Assembly (NCBI GenBank): GCA_015711825.1
Contig: JACVJD010000001.1
Location: 333-64,332 of the forward strand
Reading direction: 5' to 3'
DNA: 64,000 bases
Source: Candidatus Solincola daggyaiensis
Lineage (GTDB): Bacteria; Actinomycetota; Geothermincolia; Geothermincolales; RBG-13-55-18
Shown here: positions 1-9,247 of the stretch, in pieces
How positions within the stretch are numbered: position 1 is the first letter of the stretch
How the letters are laid out: every line of letters starts with the position of its first letter
The notes under the pieces: generated by a model
The model's input: only the letters and a program-made list of their open reading frames with translations
Told to the model about the DNA's origin: nothing
Databases searched by the model: none
Translations under genes and position numbers: made by a program

Positions 1-297
<297 letters not shown>

Positions 298-308
298 CTA
301 AATAACCT

Positions 309-614
309 TTACTTCTTTTTCTTTTCCTCTTTCTCGACCACGGCGAGAATGTCGCGCTCGCTGAGGATGAGGTGTTCCTCTCCTGCGATCTTCACCTCCG
401 TCCCGCCGTATTTGGAGTAGATGATGGTGTCCCCTTCCTTCACCTCCAGGGGAACGTACTTGCCATCCTCCCAGCGGCCGGGACCCACGGCGATAACCGT
501 ACCCTCCTGGGGCTTTTCCTTGGCGGTATCGGGGATGACCAGCCCGGACGGGGTCTTCTCCTCTCCCTCCCCCGGCTTCACGATCACCCGATCACCCAGA
601 GGCCTCAGTTTCAT
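309..614 (-). CDS. groES: co-chaperonin GroES
   Basis: 101 aa, [14 protein letters not shown]...[24 protein letters not shown], canonical GroES. Confidence 0.95.
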   Translation of the reverse strand: MKLRPLGDRVIVKPGEGEEKTPSGLVIPDTAKEKPQEGTVIAVGPGRWEDGKYVPLEVKEGDTIIYSKYGGTEVKIAGEEHLILSERDILAVVEKEEKKKK

Positions 615-674
615 CTACACATCCCTCCATTCCTCTCTTTCCTTTGCCGTTTTCCTTCCCTCATATATCCACCT

Positions 675-703
675 GGCACTCGACGCGCCAGAGTGTTATC
701 ACT
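675..703. promoter_or_regulatory. imperfect CIRCE-like inverted repeat (second HrcA operator candidate)
   Basis: tGGCACTC-N9-GAGTGtTAt immediately upstream of the perfect CIRCE, upstream of groES. Confidence 0.5.
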
Positions 704-718
704 CTCATTTTGTGGCTG

Positions 719-745
719 TTAGCACTCTGGATATAAGAGTGCTAA
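719..745. promoter_or_regulatory. CIRCE element (HrcA operator) of the groES-groEL operon
   Basis: TTAGCACTC-tggatataa-GAGTGCTAA matches the CIRCE consensus TTAGCACTC-N9-GAGTGCTAA exactly. It lies about 105 nt upstream of the groES start. Confidence 0.85.
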
Positions 746-799
746 ATGAAGGATAAGGCACGGCCGGTGAAAAATCAAGGGGGTTTTTGTCCGTTTTCC

Positions 800-1834
800 T
801 CAGGCGAGGGGGAGGTTCGCGGAGGCATCCACCTCCAGGGACGACACCTCGCCCTCTTGCAGCATGCGCCATCCTAGGGCAGCGATCATGGCCGCGTTGT
901 CGACGCACAGGTTCATGGGCGGATAGTAAAGCCTTATCCCTCGCCTGGACAGCTCAGCCTCCAACCTCTCGCGCAGGCTGCGGTTGGCGGCCACCCCTCC
1001 CGCCAGCACTACCCTTTGCACCCCTCTCTCCAGCGCCGCGCGGGTTATCTTGTGCACCTGCACGTCCACCACCGCCGCCTGGAAGGAAGCGGCGATATCG
1101 GCGACTCTCACCTCTTCTCCGCTTTCCCTCAGCTTCCTGACGTGGTTTATCACCGCCGTCTTCAGCCCCGATAGCGAGAAGTCGTAGCCGTGGTCCCTCA
1201 TCATGGCGCGCGGGAAGCGCACCGCCGCCGGGTCGCCCTCGCGTGAGATCCGGTCTATCTCCGGCCCTCCCGGATAACCGAGACCCAGATACCTCGCCAC
1301 CTTGTCGTACGCCTCCCCGGCGGCGTCGTCCAGGGTCTCCCCCAACACCTCGTAACGTCGGTGCGCCGGCACGTGCACCAGCATGGTGTGGCCGCCGGAG
1401 GCCAGAAAGGCGAGCACAGGAGGTTCCAGTTCCGGAAAATAAAGGAAGTTGGCGTATATGTGCGCTTCCAAGTGGTTCACTGCCACCAGGGGGATATCGA
1501 GGGCAAACGCCAGCGCTTTGGCGGCGGTCAACCCCACCAGCAGCGCGCCGATGAGACCCGGCCCTCGCGTCACCGCCACCGCGTCCAGATCGCATGGCCC
1601 GACCTGCGCGTTATCCAGCGCCATCTGCAGCGCCGGGAGCATGGCCTCCAGGTGCGCCCTGCTCGCGAGCTCGGGGACCACGCCCCCGAAGCGCCGGTGC
1701 ACATCCGCCTGGGAGGAGATGACCAGGGAGAGCGTGTCCCTCCCGCCCCTCACCACCGCGGTCGAGGTCTCGTCGCAGGAGGTCTCGATGCCCAGAACGA
1801 GACCCTTTCCTCCCTTACCGTCCTCTCCCGTCAT
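800..1834 (-). CDS. tsaD: tRNA N6-adenosine threonylcarbamoyltransferase TsaD (Kae1/Gcp)
   Basis: LVLGIETSCDETSTAVV ... HLEAHIYANFL ... GGVAANRSLRERL, which is the TsaD family. The ORF track extends 130 codons upstream in GC-rich frame; trimmed to ATG at 1832-1834 (MTGEDGKGGKGLVLGIETSCD). Confidence 0.9.
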   Translation of the reverse strand: MTGEDGKGGKGLVLGIETSCDETSTAVVRGGRDTLSLVISSQADVHRRFGGVVPELASRAHLEAMLPALQMALDNAQVGPCDLDAVAVTRGPGLIGALLVGLTAAKALAFALDIPLVAVNHLEAHIYANFLYFPELEPPVLAFLASGGHTMLVHVPAHRRYEVLGETLDDAAGEAYDKVARYLGLGYPGGPEIDRISREGDPAAVRFPRAMMRDHGYDFSLSGLKTAVINHVRKLRESGEEVRVADIAASFQAAVVDVQVHKITRAALERGVQRVVLAGGVAANRSLRERLEAELSRRGIRLYYPPMNLCVDNAAMIAALGWRMLQEGEVSSLEVDASANLPLA

Positions 1835-1845
1835 GCGCCTCGACC

Positions 1846-2349
1846 TTACCCCGCGTTTCCGTATCTCTCCCACAACCCCTCGAGCAGTCGCCGGTACTCC
1901 GGAGTGGTGATATCGTCCGTCCACATGATGAAGGCGTTCTCCAGGTTGTCGAGATAATAGTGCTTGCGTTCTCCCATGATCTGGAATCCGAAACGCTCGT
2001 AGAGCTCGATGGCGGCGAGGTTGGACCTCCTCACCTCCAGGGTCAGGAAGCGCGCCCCCTTCTCCTCCGATCGCCGCACCAACTCCAGCAGCAGCCTGGC
2101 CCCGATGCCGCGGCGGCGCCGATCCTCTTTCACCGCCAGGGTCATGACGTGCGCCTCGTCCAGGATCAGAAGGGTGCCGCCGTAGCCCACCAGCTCGCTC
2201 CCGTACCTGGCGGTCACGTAACAACCCTCGGGTTTCTCCAGCTCGCGCAGGTACATATCCCTGGTCCAGGGGCTGGCGAAGGCCTTTCTCTCCAGTTCCA
2301 GGACCTCCGCCAAGTCCTCCTCGCCCATCTCGCCCATCACCAGGCGCAT
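1846..2349 (-). CDS. rimI: ribosomal-protein-alanine N-acetyltransferase (GNAT)
   Basis: GNAT motifs RRRGIGARLLLELV ... NLAAIELYERFGF; conserved position between tsaB and tsaD. Trimmed to internal ATG MRLVMGEMGEED. Confidence 0.8.
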   Translation of the reverse strand: MRLVMGEMGEEDLAEVLELERKAFASPWTRDMYLRELEKPEGCYVTARYGSELVGYGGTLLILDEAHVMTLAVKEDRRRRGIGARLLLELVRRSEEKGARFLTLEVRRSNLAAIELYERFGFQIMGERKHYYLDNLENAFIMWTDDITTPEYRRLLEGLWERYGNAG

Positions 2350-3050
2350 CTCTTCTCCTCTCCCATCCGTCCCACGTCGGGACGCCTTAGATAGAGCGGC
2401 AAGAGCTCGTAGGGGTCCGCGATGTCTCCGCGCTCCGCGGCCTCGCGACACAGCCGCGCCAGCCCCCCCGCTCCCGGAGGCTCGCTCGCCGCCACCACAA
2501 GTCCTTGAGGCCAGACATGCGCATAGGCGTCTATAGCGGTGCCGGTGAGAACCACCTCTCCATGCGCGCGCTCCAGACATATCGCCAGATCGGCGGCCGC
2601 CTTTTCCGGGGCGGCGACGCCGGGCTCCAGCAATCTCTCCAGGCCGCCGTCCCCGATGCCGTAAGCGGCGTAATAGACCTCACCCCTGCGTGCGTCCATG
2701 GCCACGAACGCCTCGCGGGCGGAAATCCCGATCCCCGCCGCCCTCACCGCCAGGCTTTCCGGCGCCACCAGCGGCACCCCCAGGGAGAACGCAAGGGTCT
2801 TGGCGGCGGTCACCGCCACCCGCACTCCGGTGAAGGACCCGGGGCCCCTTCCCACCCCCAGAAGGGCGACGTCTTCCCTGCCTATCCCGGCCTCCTGCAT
2901 AAGGGCCTTTACCTCGGTAAACAGGCAGGCGACACGCAGATGTCCCGCGATCTCGCGCCATAGGGTTCCGCCGGGTCCCTCCAACACCAGCACCCCCATG
3001 GGGGTCGAGAGATCGAAGGCCAGCAGCCACCCCCCCCTCGAGCCGCTCAC
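2337..3050 (-). CDS. tsaB: tRNA threonylcarbamoyladenosine biosynthesis protein TsaB (YeaZ)
   Basis: WLLAFDLSTPMGVLVLEG ... GPGSFTGVRVAVTAAKTLA, the YeaZ/TsaB family. GTG start at 3048-3050 preferred over the upstream ATG at 3095; overlaps rimI start by 13 nt. Confidence 0.8.
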   Translation of the reverse strand: MSGSRGGWLLAFDLSTPMGVLVLEGPGGTLWREIAGHLRVACLFTEVKALMQEAGIGREDVALLGVGRGPGSFTGVRVAVTAAKTLAFSLGVPLVAPESLAVRAAGIGISAREAFVAMDARRGEVYYAAYGIGDGGLERLLEPGVAAPEKAAADLAICLERAHGEVVLTGTAIDAYAHVWPQGLVVAASEPPGAGGLARLCREAAERGDIADPYELLPLYLRRPDVGRMGEEKRCAW

Positions 3051-3407
3051 CGCACCTATTCCCCTTTCACCAGAAACCGCCTCGCACCGGACCATGCAAC
3101 CGTCTCAACGCCGAACCGTGGCCGGCAATCCGACGTCAAGGGGACTCGCGCATCTCTCTCACGATAGCACTCCGTCATCTGCGCCTTGACGCCGGTCCGC
3201 CTACCGCTCGCCTGTCCTCTCGCCGGGGACGGCCTTCCGGGTTGCGCCATGCGGGCCCCCGTCCTGCTTTTACCGGCCACGTCAACGCCACCATAGGCGG
3301 CGATTCCGCGCTGTCCCGATCCCTCCCCGGCCCAGGACGGGACGCTAAGAGAGCCTGGGCCGCCGTCTCCCCCCTCGAGGACACCCCTTCCCGACACCGC
3401 CATCCCC

Positions 3408-3926
3408 TCACCCCCAAGGCCTCACCGTCTGCGAACCGCCGCCCCAGGCTTCCCTCAATCCCGTCACCCTCTCCCCCCAGCTTCCGCCCAGGGGCACGAA
3501 GAGGACGCGTCTCTCCTTTTCTCCCTCGCCATACTCCATTCTCACCTCGAGGTAGGGGGGGCGGAAAAAGCCCTTTACCCTGTCGCCCCATTCCACCGCC
3601 AGCACCGCGTCTCCCTCCAGGTACTCCTCCACCCCTATCTCGTAGAGATCGAGCGGACCCTCCAGGCGGTAGGCGTCGAGGTGCACCAGGGAAAGCCTGC
3701 CCCGGTACTCCCGCAGGAGGGTGAAGGTGGGGCTGGTTACCCTTCCCTTGACCCCAAGTCCCCTGGCCATTCCCTGCACGAAGGTGGTCTTTCCGCTCCC
3801 CAGCTCACCTTGCAGCAGAAGCACGTCTCCCGGCCGCAGGGCCTTGGCCACGCGCATGCCGAGATCCCGCATCTGCGAGGCGGAGCGGGTGGTCACCTCG
3901 AGGGTATCCTCGGCGTAAGCGCTCAA
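3408..3926 (-). CDS. tsaE: tRNA threonylcarbamoyladenosine biosynthesis ATPase TsaE (YjeE)
   Basis: P-loop LLLQGELGSGKTTFVQGMARGLG and SPTFTL motif typical of TsaE. Confidence 0.8.
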   Translation of the reverse strand: MSAYAEDTLEVTTRSASQMRDLGMRVAKALRPGDVLLLQGELGSGKTTFVQGMARGLGVKGRVTSPTFTLLREYRGRLSLVHLDAYRLEGPLDLYEIGVEEYLEGDAVLAVEWGDRVKGFFRPPYLEVRMEYGEGEKERRVLFVPLGGSWGERVTGLREAWGGGSQTVRPWG

Positions 3927-4393
3927 GACCTCTCCCGTCCTTTTCCCTCCAAGACCGTCACCGCGTCCATCGCATCTCCGCCCCGTTAAATTCGGGGGTT
4001 CAGGCCATCATCCACGGAGGCAGCGAAAACACCGCGCGCCAAAATCTATTCTCCCATGCCGTAAAGCGATCCTCCAAGGCACAAAACGGCCTTCTCCGTA
4101 CCGAAGCTTGTCGATGACCCCGCTCTGCCCGCGTCTCAACCAAGCGAGCCGTGTACACAAATACCGCCAACGCCATGTGACTAACGTGCTTTCCTTTATC
4201 CCCACCGCCTCCCCCTTACGTCCCCCGCGTTAGGCCATCGACGCTTCTCCGCCCATGAGCCCGCGATGGTGAGTCCCGAACGACGTTTCATGCCCTGCCC
4301 GCGTCCTCCTCGCGCTCTCGCATGCCAGGCGGCCTCTTCTCCGCTCGGTCGTGTTCGGGGTTTGCGGCTCGGGGACAGGCGGCGCAGGCCGGC

Positions 4394-5065
4394 TCAGAAG
4401 AAGCCCATCTGCTCCGGCTCGGATACATCCGCCGGCTCCGCGGGTTCCGCCCGCGACGCCGCTCCAGACACCGTCTCCCGTTCCCATCGCGTCCTCTCGG
4501 CCTCCAGGTGCTCCTTCAGCCTCTGGAAATCCTCGATGAGCACGCTTTTTAACGGCGGTTTGTGAAGGGCGGCTGCGGGATGAAACAGGGGGACATAGGC
4601 AAGGCCGTCCCTGTGCAGTAGCTTGCCGTGGAGCTGGGTGATGCCGGTGCCGGTCTTGAGCAAGGTCTTGGTGGCGTGATTGCCCAGGGTGCATATGATG
4701 CGCGGCGCGATGATCTCTATCTGCTTGAACAGATAAGGGGTACACATCTTCAGCTCATCGGGCTGCGGATCGCGGTTGTCGGGCGGCCTGCACTTGAGGG
4801 TGTTGGCTATATAAACCTGGGAGCGCCTCAGTCCGATGGAGGCCAGGAGCTGGTCCAGGAACTGTCCCGCAGGACCCACGAAGGGTATTCCCTGACGGTC
4901 TTCCTGGAAGCCGGGTGCCTCTCCCACGAACATGATGTCCGCGTCCTCGTCGCCCGTGCCCAAGACCAGGTTGGTTCGCGTCTCCCCTAGCGGACAGCGG
5001 CGACAGTCGCGGATGGCCTCGTAGAGCTCCTCTATGGTCGTCGCCTGGCGCCAATCGACTGCCAT
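4394..5065 (-). CDS. uracil-DNA glycosylase, family 4 (Fe-S type)
   Basis: CRRCPLGETRTNLVLGTGDEDADIMFVGEAPGFQEDRQGIPFVGPAGQFLDQLL ... HPAAALH, the family-4 UDG signature. The ORF track's 85-codon upstream extension was trimmed to MAVDWRQ. Confidence 0.8.
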   Translation of the reverse strand: MAVDWRQATTIEELYEAIRDCRRCPLGETRTNLVLGTGDEDADIMFVGEAPGFQEDRQGIPFVGPAGQFLDQLLASIGLRRSQVYIANTLKCRPPDNRDPQPDELKMCTPYLFKQIEIIAPRIICTLGNHATKTLLKTGTGITQLHGKLLHRDGLAYVPLFHPAAALHKPPLKSVLIEDFQRLKEHLEAERTRWERETVSGAASRAEPAEPADVSEPEQMGFF

Positions 5066-5073
5066 GTCCTCCC

Positions 5074-5310
5074 CTAACTGGAGCATCCGGTGCAGCTGGC
5101 GGCGGTGCATGAGCTGCATCCCGAGGAGCCGGCCGAAGACCTGAAATCCCCGGAGGAGGCCGACCCGCTCTTGAAGCCGAAGGTGGAGAAGAGCTTCTTT
5201 ATCCTCTTCTTGCCGCACACGGCGCAGCGCTCCGCCTCGTCGGACATGTTGCGGGCGAAGTGCTCGAAGGTCTCGCCGCAAGCCTCGCACTTGTATTCGT
5301 AAAAAGGCAT
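5074..5310 (-). CDS. FmdB-family zinc-ribbon protein
   Basis: MPFYEYKCEACGETFEHF...CAVCG, the FmdB putative regulatory zinc-ribbon motif; Ser/Gly/Cys-rich tail. Confidence 0.75.
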   Translation of the reverse strand: MPFYEYKCEACGETFEHFARNMSDEAERCAVCGKKRIKKLFSTFGFKSGSASSGDFRSSAGSSGCSSCTAASCTGCSS

Positions 5311-5610
5311 CCCTCATCACTTCCTTTCCGCTTTCTCTCCTTGATTTTAATCACATCGCCCGAGGGCAGGCAACGAGCCGCATCATCTTCAAGCAGGGCG
5401 CCCGACCGTAAAAAGCGAGCTCTCCGGCCGTAACCGGCGCTTGTGGCTGCCGGTCATACCTAAACCGCCCGCTTCTCCCGGCCGCCACCCCCCGCCATTA
5501 TCTTTAACACACCCTTGCGGGAGAAGAACCTCTTGTGATCATGCGCTCCCAAGGCGTGCTCCCGGCCATCGCTCCCGCGAGCCGGGACGTAATTGTCTCC
5601 CCTCTCGCCA

Positions 5611-5619
5611 TGGTGTAAT
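5611..5619 (+). promoter_or_regulatory. candidate extended -10 promoter element (TGgTGTAAT) for the glycosylation operon
   Basis: TGn + TGTAAT sits 47 nt upstream of the 5666 start codon in the divergent fmdB / GT-fusion intergenic region. Confidence 0.3.
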
Positions 5620-5665
5620 GTCTTGCTAGCCTTGTTCCGTATTTCCGGCTGGTTCAGGATAAAGG

Positions 5666-8600
5666 ATGAGCGTGACCGCTTTGCCGCCATCGGAGCGGGA
5701 TAAAAAACGGAGGCTTTGGCCTCTGGCCATCATCGCGTTGGTGCTGGCGGCTTTCTTCCACTCCATGCTCACCCTGTCGAGGGTTCCATGGATATCGGAT
5801 ATAAAGTCATATTATTACCCTGCATGGCGCTACCTCGCCCACGCCTTCCGCTCCGGGGGGCCCTCGCTGTGGTGTTCCGGGATCTATTGCGGCTTTCCCC
5901 TTTTCGCCGACAGCGAGATGGGGCTGTTCTATCCCGTGAACCTTCTCTTCTTCCAGCTCCCGGCCACGGCGGGGTTCAACTACTGCATCATCCTGCATTA
6001 TCTTCTGGGAGGCGTTTTTACCTACATGTACTGCCGGCGCCTGCGGTTGGGCCGCTCCGCCTCCCTTTTCGCCGCCCTGCCGTTTACGCTGGGGGGGTTT
6101 TTTCTGGCACACATGGTGCACCCCAACGCCGTCGCCACCGCGGCTTGGATGCCCCTGTTCCTTTACTGCCTGGAGAGAGCTCTTTCGGAGGGAAAGCCGT
6201 CTTTCCACCTCGCGGCAGGGGGGGTGCTCGGCCTGCAGTGCCTTTCCGGCTTCTTGATGATACCGCTCATGCAGGCGTTGCTGGCTTTTTTCTATCTCCT
6301 TTCCCACTCCTTTGACGAGCAAGGCGACAGGCGCAGGTTTTTGCTCATCAACCTCGCCTGGCTCATCCTGGCGCTGGGGCTGGGGGTTTGCCTCGGCATG
6401 GTGCAGAACCTGCCCAGTTACCACCTGGTCCAGAACTCCTACCGCGCCGGCGGGCTGTCGGAAAAAGTGGCCGGTATAGGCAGCATGCCGCCCGCTCAAC
6501 TTCTGGGCATCGTGCTTCCAAGGCTTTTCGGGAGAGGCCTGGCGCAGGGGGGTTACCTGGGGGCTTGGACCTTCGAGGAGACCTACGCATATATGGGCGT
6601 ACTCCCTATCCTTTTCGCCTCCGCGGCGCTGCTGCGGCCGCGCCGCAGGCACGCCGCCTTCTTCTTCTGGATGGGGACGGTCTCGCTTTTGCTCAGCCTG
6701 GGCAGGTACGGCCTGCTCTGGTCGGCATTGCGCCACCTCCCCGGCTTCAACGTGCTCAAGGGCTCAAGCCGCTTCATCCTCACCTTCAACCTCTCCCTGG
6801 CCGTGCTGGGAGGGATGGGGTTCGAGCGCTGGCGCAGCGGAGAGTTCCCCTCCCGCATGGCGAGGTCCCTTTCCCGCGCCTGGTTGAGGGTCGCCGCCGC
6901 CGCAGCCGCGCTGGCCGCCATCCCGGTGCTCCTGTACCGCTTCGACGTCCTGGGGTTCAGGGACCTGGCGGCGGCCGCGGCCAAGCCCTTCCTGGCGGGG
7001 ATAAAGCTTCCGACGCGCCGTGTCCTCGACGGCCTGGTCTCGTTCTTCACCGCCCCGCGCCTGGACCTCCTGCTCCCTCCGGTGATGCTGGCCCTCTTCC
7101 TGCTCCTCATACGCGCCGACGGCGAGGGGGAATACGGACCCAGCCGCCTCAAGGTCTTCATCGCCGTGGGCCTTGCCGTGGTGGACGTTTTCGCCTTCGG
7201 GAACTTCGTGCTCAAGCCGGTTCCCAGGGAACGGGCGGACTTCAAGCCGCAGGTGATCGGCTACCTGAAGGAGAACGCGGGCGACGCCAGGGTGGCCCTG
7301 GCCAAAGAGCCCGGCGTGGATCGCGGCGAGTTCCCCCTCTGCTCCAACCAGCTGCTTCCCTACGGCCTCGAGGACGCCTTCGGGTTCTCCACCATCCCGC
7401 CCGCGCGCCTCGACCGCTTCCTGGCCCTGGTGAACGACCGCCCGGAGGCCTCCGCCTTCGAGCTGCTCGGCGTGGGTTTGCTCTACTCCAACCTCTCCAG
7501 GGTGCAAGGCACCACCTACGATCTGTCCGACCCCTATCCCATTCCCGGCGGCCTGGGCGCGGTGAGCTACGCCTTTCCCTCCCGTACCTCGGGGAGGGAA
7601 CTGCGCCTGCTGGTGGACGGCAGCATCCTGGAGCCGAGCGCCTCCGGACGGCTTTGCTTCAAGTTGAACTCCATCATCAACGGACGGGTGGTGAAGCACC
7701 CCGTCCTTTTCCTGCACAAGGACAGCGGCCCCGAGGAATACTTCCTCGCGGTTATCGACGCGGAGCAGACCGCCTCCTTCGAGCGCGTGCGCTTCCGCTC
7801 ACCCGGCCACGGGGAGGGGCGTGAAGCCTTGGAGATAAGGGTTCCGCTTCCCAGTTTGGGAGAGGCGGACGAGCTCATCCTCACCACCCTCTGCGACCCG
7901 GCCCTCGAGGGAACCCGAATCGCGGCCGTCACCGCCATCGACAAGGACGGGAGGCGCGTTCCCCTCACCGCCTGGCCTTCCGTGTATTGCGACGGCAAGA
8001 ACGCGGTGTACGAACTGCCAAACCGCCTCACCGAGGCATATGCGGCATGGGAGGTCTCCTGGAGCGGAAGCTGGGGGGAAGCGGTGGACCGCGCCTTCCG
8101 CGAGGACCTGGGCATGGGCGAGGTCGTCCTGGTGGAAAGCGAGATCGGCCCCGAAACGCGCAAGGCACTGACCGCCCTCTCCCCTCCCGAAAGGGAGCCC
8201 TCCATCGAGGTGGCGGAGAGCGGAGGCGACGGTATGGCCCTGCGCGTCAGGGGTGACGGCGATTTCATCCTGGTGGTCTCGCTCGATTTCATGCCCGGCT
8301 GGAGGGCCACGGTGGACGGCGAGGAGGCGCCCCTGTTTTCCGCCAACGGCTTCCTTACCGCCCTGCACATGAAGCGAGGAGAACATGTGGTGCTGCTCTC
8401 CTACCGTCCCCCCGGCTTAGCAAGCGGTGCGGCGGTGTCCTCGCTTTCCCTGGCGCTCCTCGTTTTTCTCTTCATGTTATCGAGAAGGAAGGAAGGCCGG
8501 GCGGCGGAGCCGACGAGCCTGGAGACTCCCGTGGCGAGAACAGCCGGCGGGAGCATAAGCGCCTTCTTCCCCTGCTACAACGACTCCGCCACCCTCAAGG

Positions 8601-9247
8601 GTCTTATAGAGAAAGCCCTCGCCGTACTCGACGACCTCGCCGATGACTACGAGGTGATCGTGGTGGACGACGGCAGCGCGGACTCCTCCGGAGAGGTCAT
8701 AGACCAGTTGGCGGCGTCCTACGAAAAGGTACGCGTGGTAAGGCACGACCGCAACCGCGGTTACGGAGCCGCTCTGCGCAGCGGCATAAGGACCTCCACC
8801 AAGGACTGGGTCTTCTACACCGACAGCGACGGGCAGTACGAGGTGGAGGACCTCCGACTGCTGCACGCCATGAGCGGCGATGCGGACGTGGTCAACGGCT
8901 TCAAGACGGGGCGCAGCGACGCCTGGTATCGCAAGTTTCTGGGGTGGGCCTACAACCGACTGGTTCGCTTCGCCTTCGCCATCCCCATCCGCGACGTGGA
9001 CTGCGATTTCAGGCTCATGCGGGGCGAGCTGGTGCGCAGCCTGGATCTCCGCTCGGAGGGCGGGGCCATCTGCGTGGAGCTGGTCAAGGAATTGCAGGCG
9101 GCGGGGGCGGTGTTCGCGGAGGCGCCCGTGGGACATTATCCGCGCGCGGAGGGCAGGAGCCAGTTCTTCCGCCTCAAAAACCTGCTTGTCATGGCGAGGG
9201 AGATTGCGGCACTATGGTGGAGAATGCAGAGGAAAGGGGTGGTGTGA
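5666..9247 (+). CDS. fusion protein: N-terminal YfhO-like polytopic membrane (GT-C type) glycosyltransferase domain + large periplasmic domain + TM helix + C-terminal GT2 polyprenyl-phosphate sugar transferase (DPM1/GtrB/CsbB/ArnC-like)
   Basis: Residues 1-470 have at least 10 hydrophobic helices with a YfhO-like start (SDIKSYYYPAWRYL...GFPLFADSEMGLFYPVNLL). A TM segment follows near residue 925 (LSLALLVFLFMLS). The C-terminus is FPCYNDSATL...VIVVDDGSADSS...YTDSDGQY...DFRLMRGE, a GT2 DXD fold. Good RBS (aaagga) before the ATG; the antisense frames are R/G/P-rich junk. Confidence 0.75.
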   Translation: MSVTALPPSERDKKRRLWPLAIIALVLAAFFHSMLTLSRVPWISDIKSYYYPAWRYLAHAFRSGGPSLWCSGIYCGFPLFADSEMGLFYPVNLLFFQLPATAGFNYCIILHYLLGGVFTYMYCRRLRLGRSASLFAALPFTLGGFFLAHMVHPNAVATAAWMPLFLYCLERALSEGKPSFHLAAGGVLGLQCLSGFLMIPLMQALLAFFYLLSHSFDEQGDRRRFLLINLAWLILALGLGVCLGMVQNLPSYHLVQNSYRAGGLSEKVAGIGSMPPAQLLGIVLPRLFGRGLAQGGYLGAWTFEETYAYMGVLPILFASAALLRPRRRHAAFFFWMGTVSLLLSLGRYGLLWSALRHLPGFNVLKGSSRFILTFNLSLAVLGGMGFERWRSGEFPSRMARSLSRAWLRVAAAAAALAAIPVLLYRFDVLGFRDLAAAAAKPFLAGIKLPTRRVLDGLVSFFTAPRLDLLLPPVMLALFLLLIRADGEGEYGPSRLKVFIAVGLAVVDVFAFGNFVLKPVPRERADFKPQVIGYLKENAGDARVALAKEPGVDRGEFPLCSNQLLPYGLEDAFGFSTIPPARLDRFLALVNDRPEASAFELLGVGLLYSNLSRVQGTTYDLSDPYPIPGGLGAVSYAFPSRTSGRELRLLVDGSILEPSASGRLCFKLNSIINGRVVKHPVLFLHKDSGPEEYFLAVIDAEQTASFERVRFRSPGHGEGREALEIRVPLPSLGEADELILTTLCDPALEGTRIAAVTAIDKDGRRVPLTAWPSVYCDGKNAVYELPNRLTEAYAAWEVSWSGSWGEAVDRAFREDLGMGEVVLVESEIGPETRKALTALSPPEREPSIEVAESGGDGMALRVRGDGDFILVVSLDFMPGWRATVDGEEAPLFSANGFLTALHMKRGEHVVLLSYRPPGLASGAAVSSLSLALLVFLFMLSRRKEGRAAEPTSLETPVARTAGGSISAFFPCYNDSATLKGLIEKALAVLDDLADDYEVIVVDDGSADSSGEVIDQLAASYEKVRVVRHDRNRGYGAALRSGIRTSTKDWVFYTDSDGQYEVEDLRLLHAMSGDADVVNGFKTGRSDAWYRKFLGWAYNRLVRFAFAIPIRDVDCDFRLMRGELVRSLDLRSEGGAICVELVKELQAAGAVFAEAPVGHYPRAEGRSQFFRLKNLLVMAREIAALWWRMQRKGVV

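Noticed and set aside
800-2224. Full 474-aa ORF-track version of tsaD and 654-aa version of nnr (17358-19322)
   Set aside because: The N-terminal 130-140 codons are GC-frame read-through overlapping upstream genes (rimI, acpS); trimmed to conserved starts.
954-2394. Several overlapping ORFs (954-1595 -, 1243-1554 +, 1361-1957 +, 1449-1910 +, 1960-2394 +) inside tsaD/rimI
   Set aside because: Arg/Gly/Pro-rich translations typical of wrong-frame ORFs in high-GC DNA; real genes tsaD and rimI occupy the locus.
5807-8386. Long antisense/alternate-frame ORFs (5807-6736 -, 6388-7824 +, 6764-7717 -, 7567-8370 -, 7799-8386 -) within the 5666-9247 gene
   Set aside because: Low-complexity R/G/P/A-rich products; the plus-strand frame gives a coherent membrane + GT2 protein.
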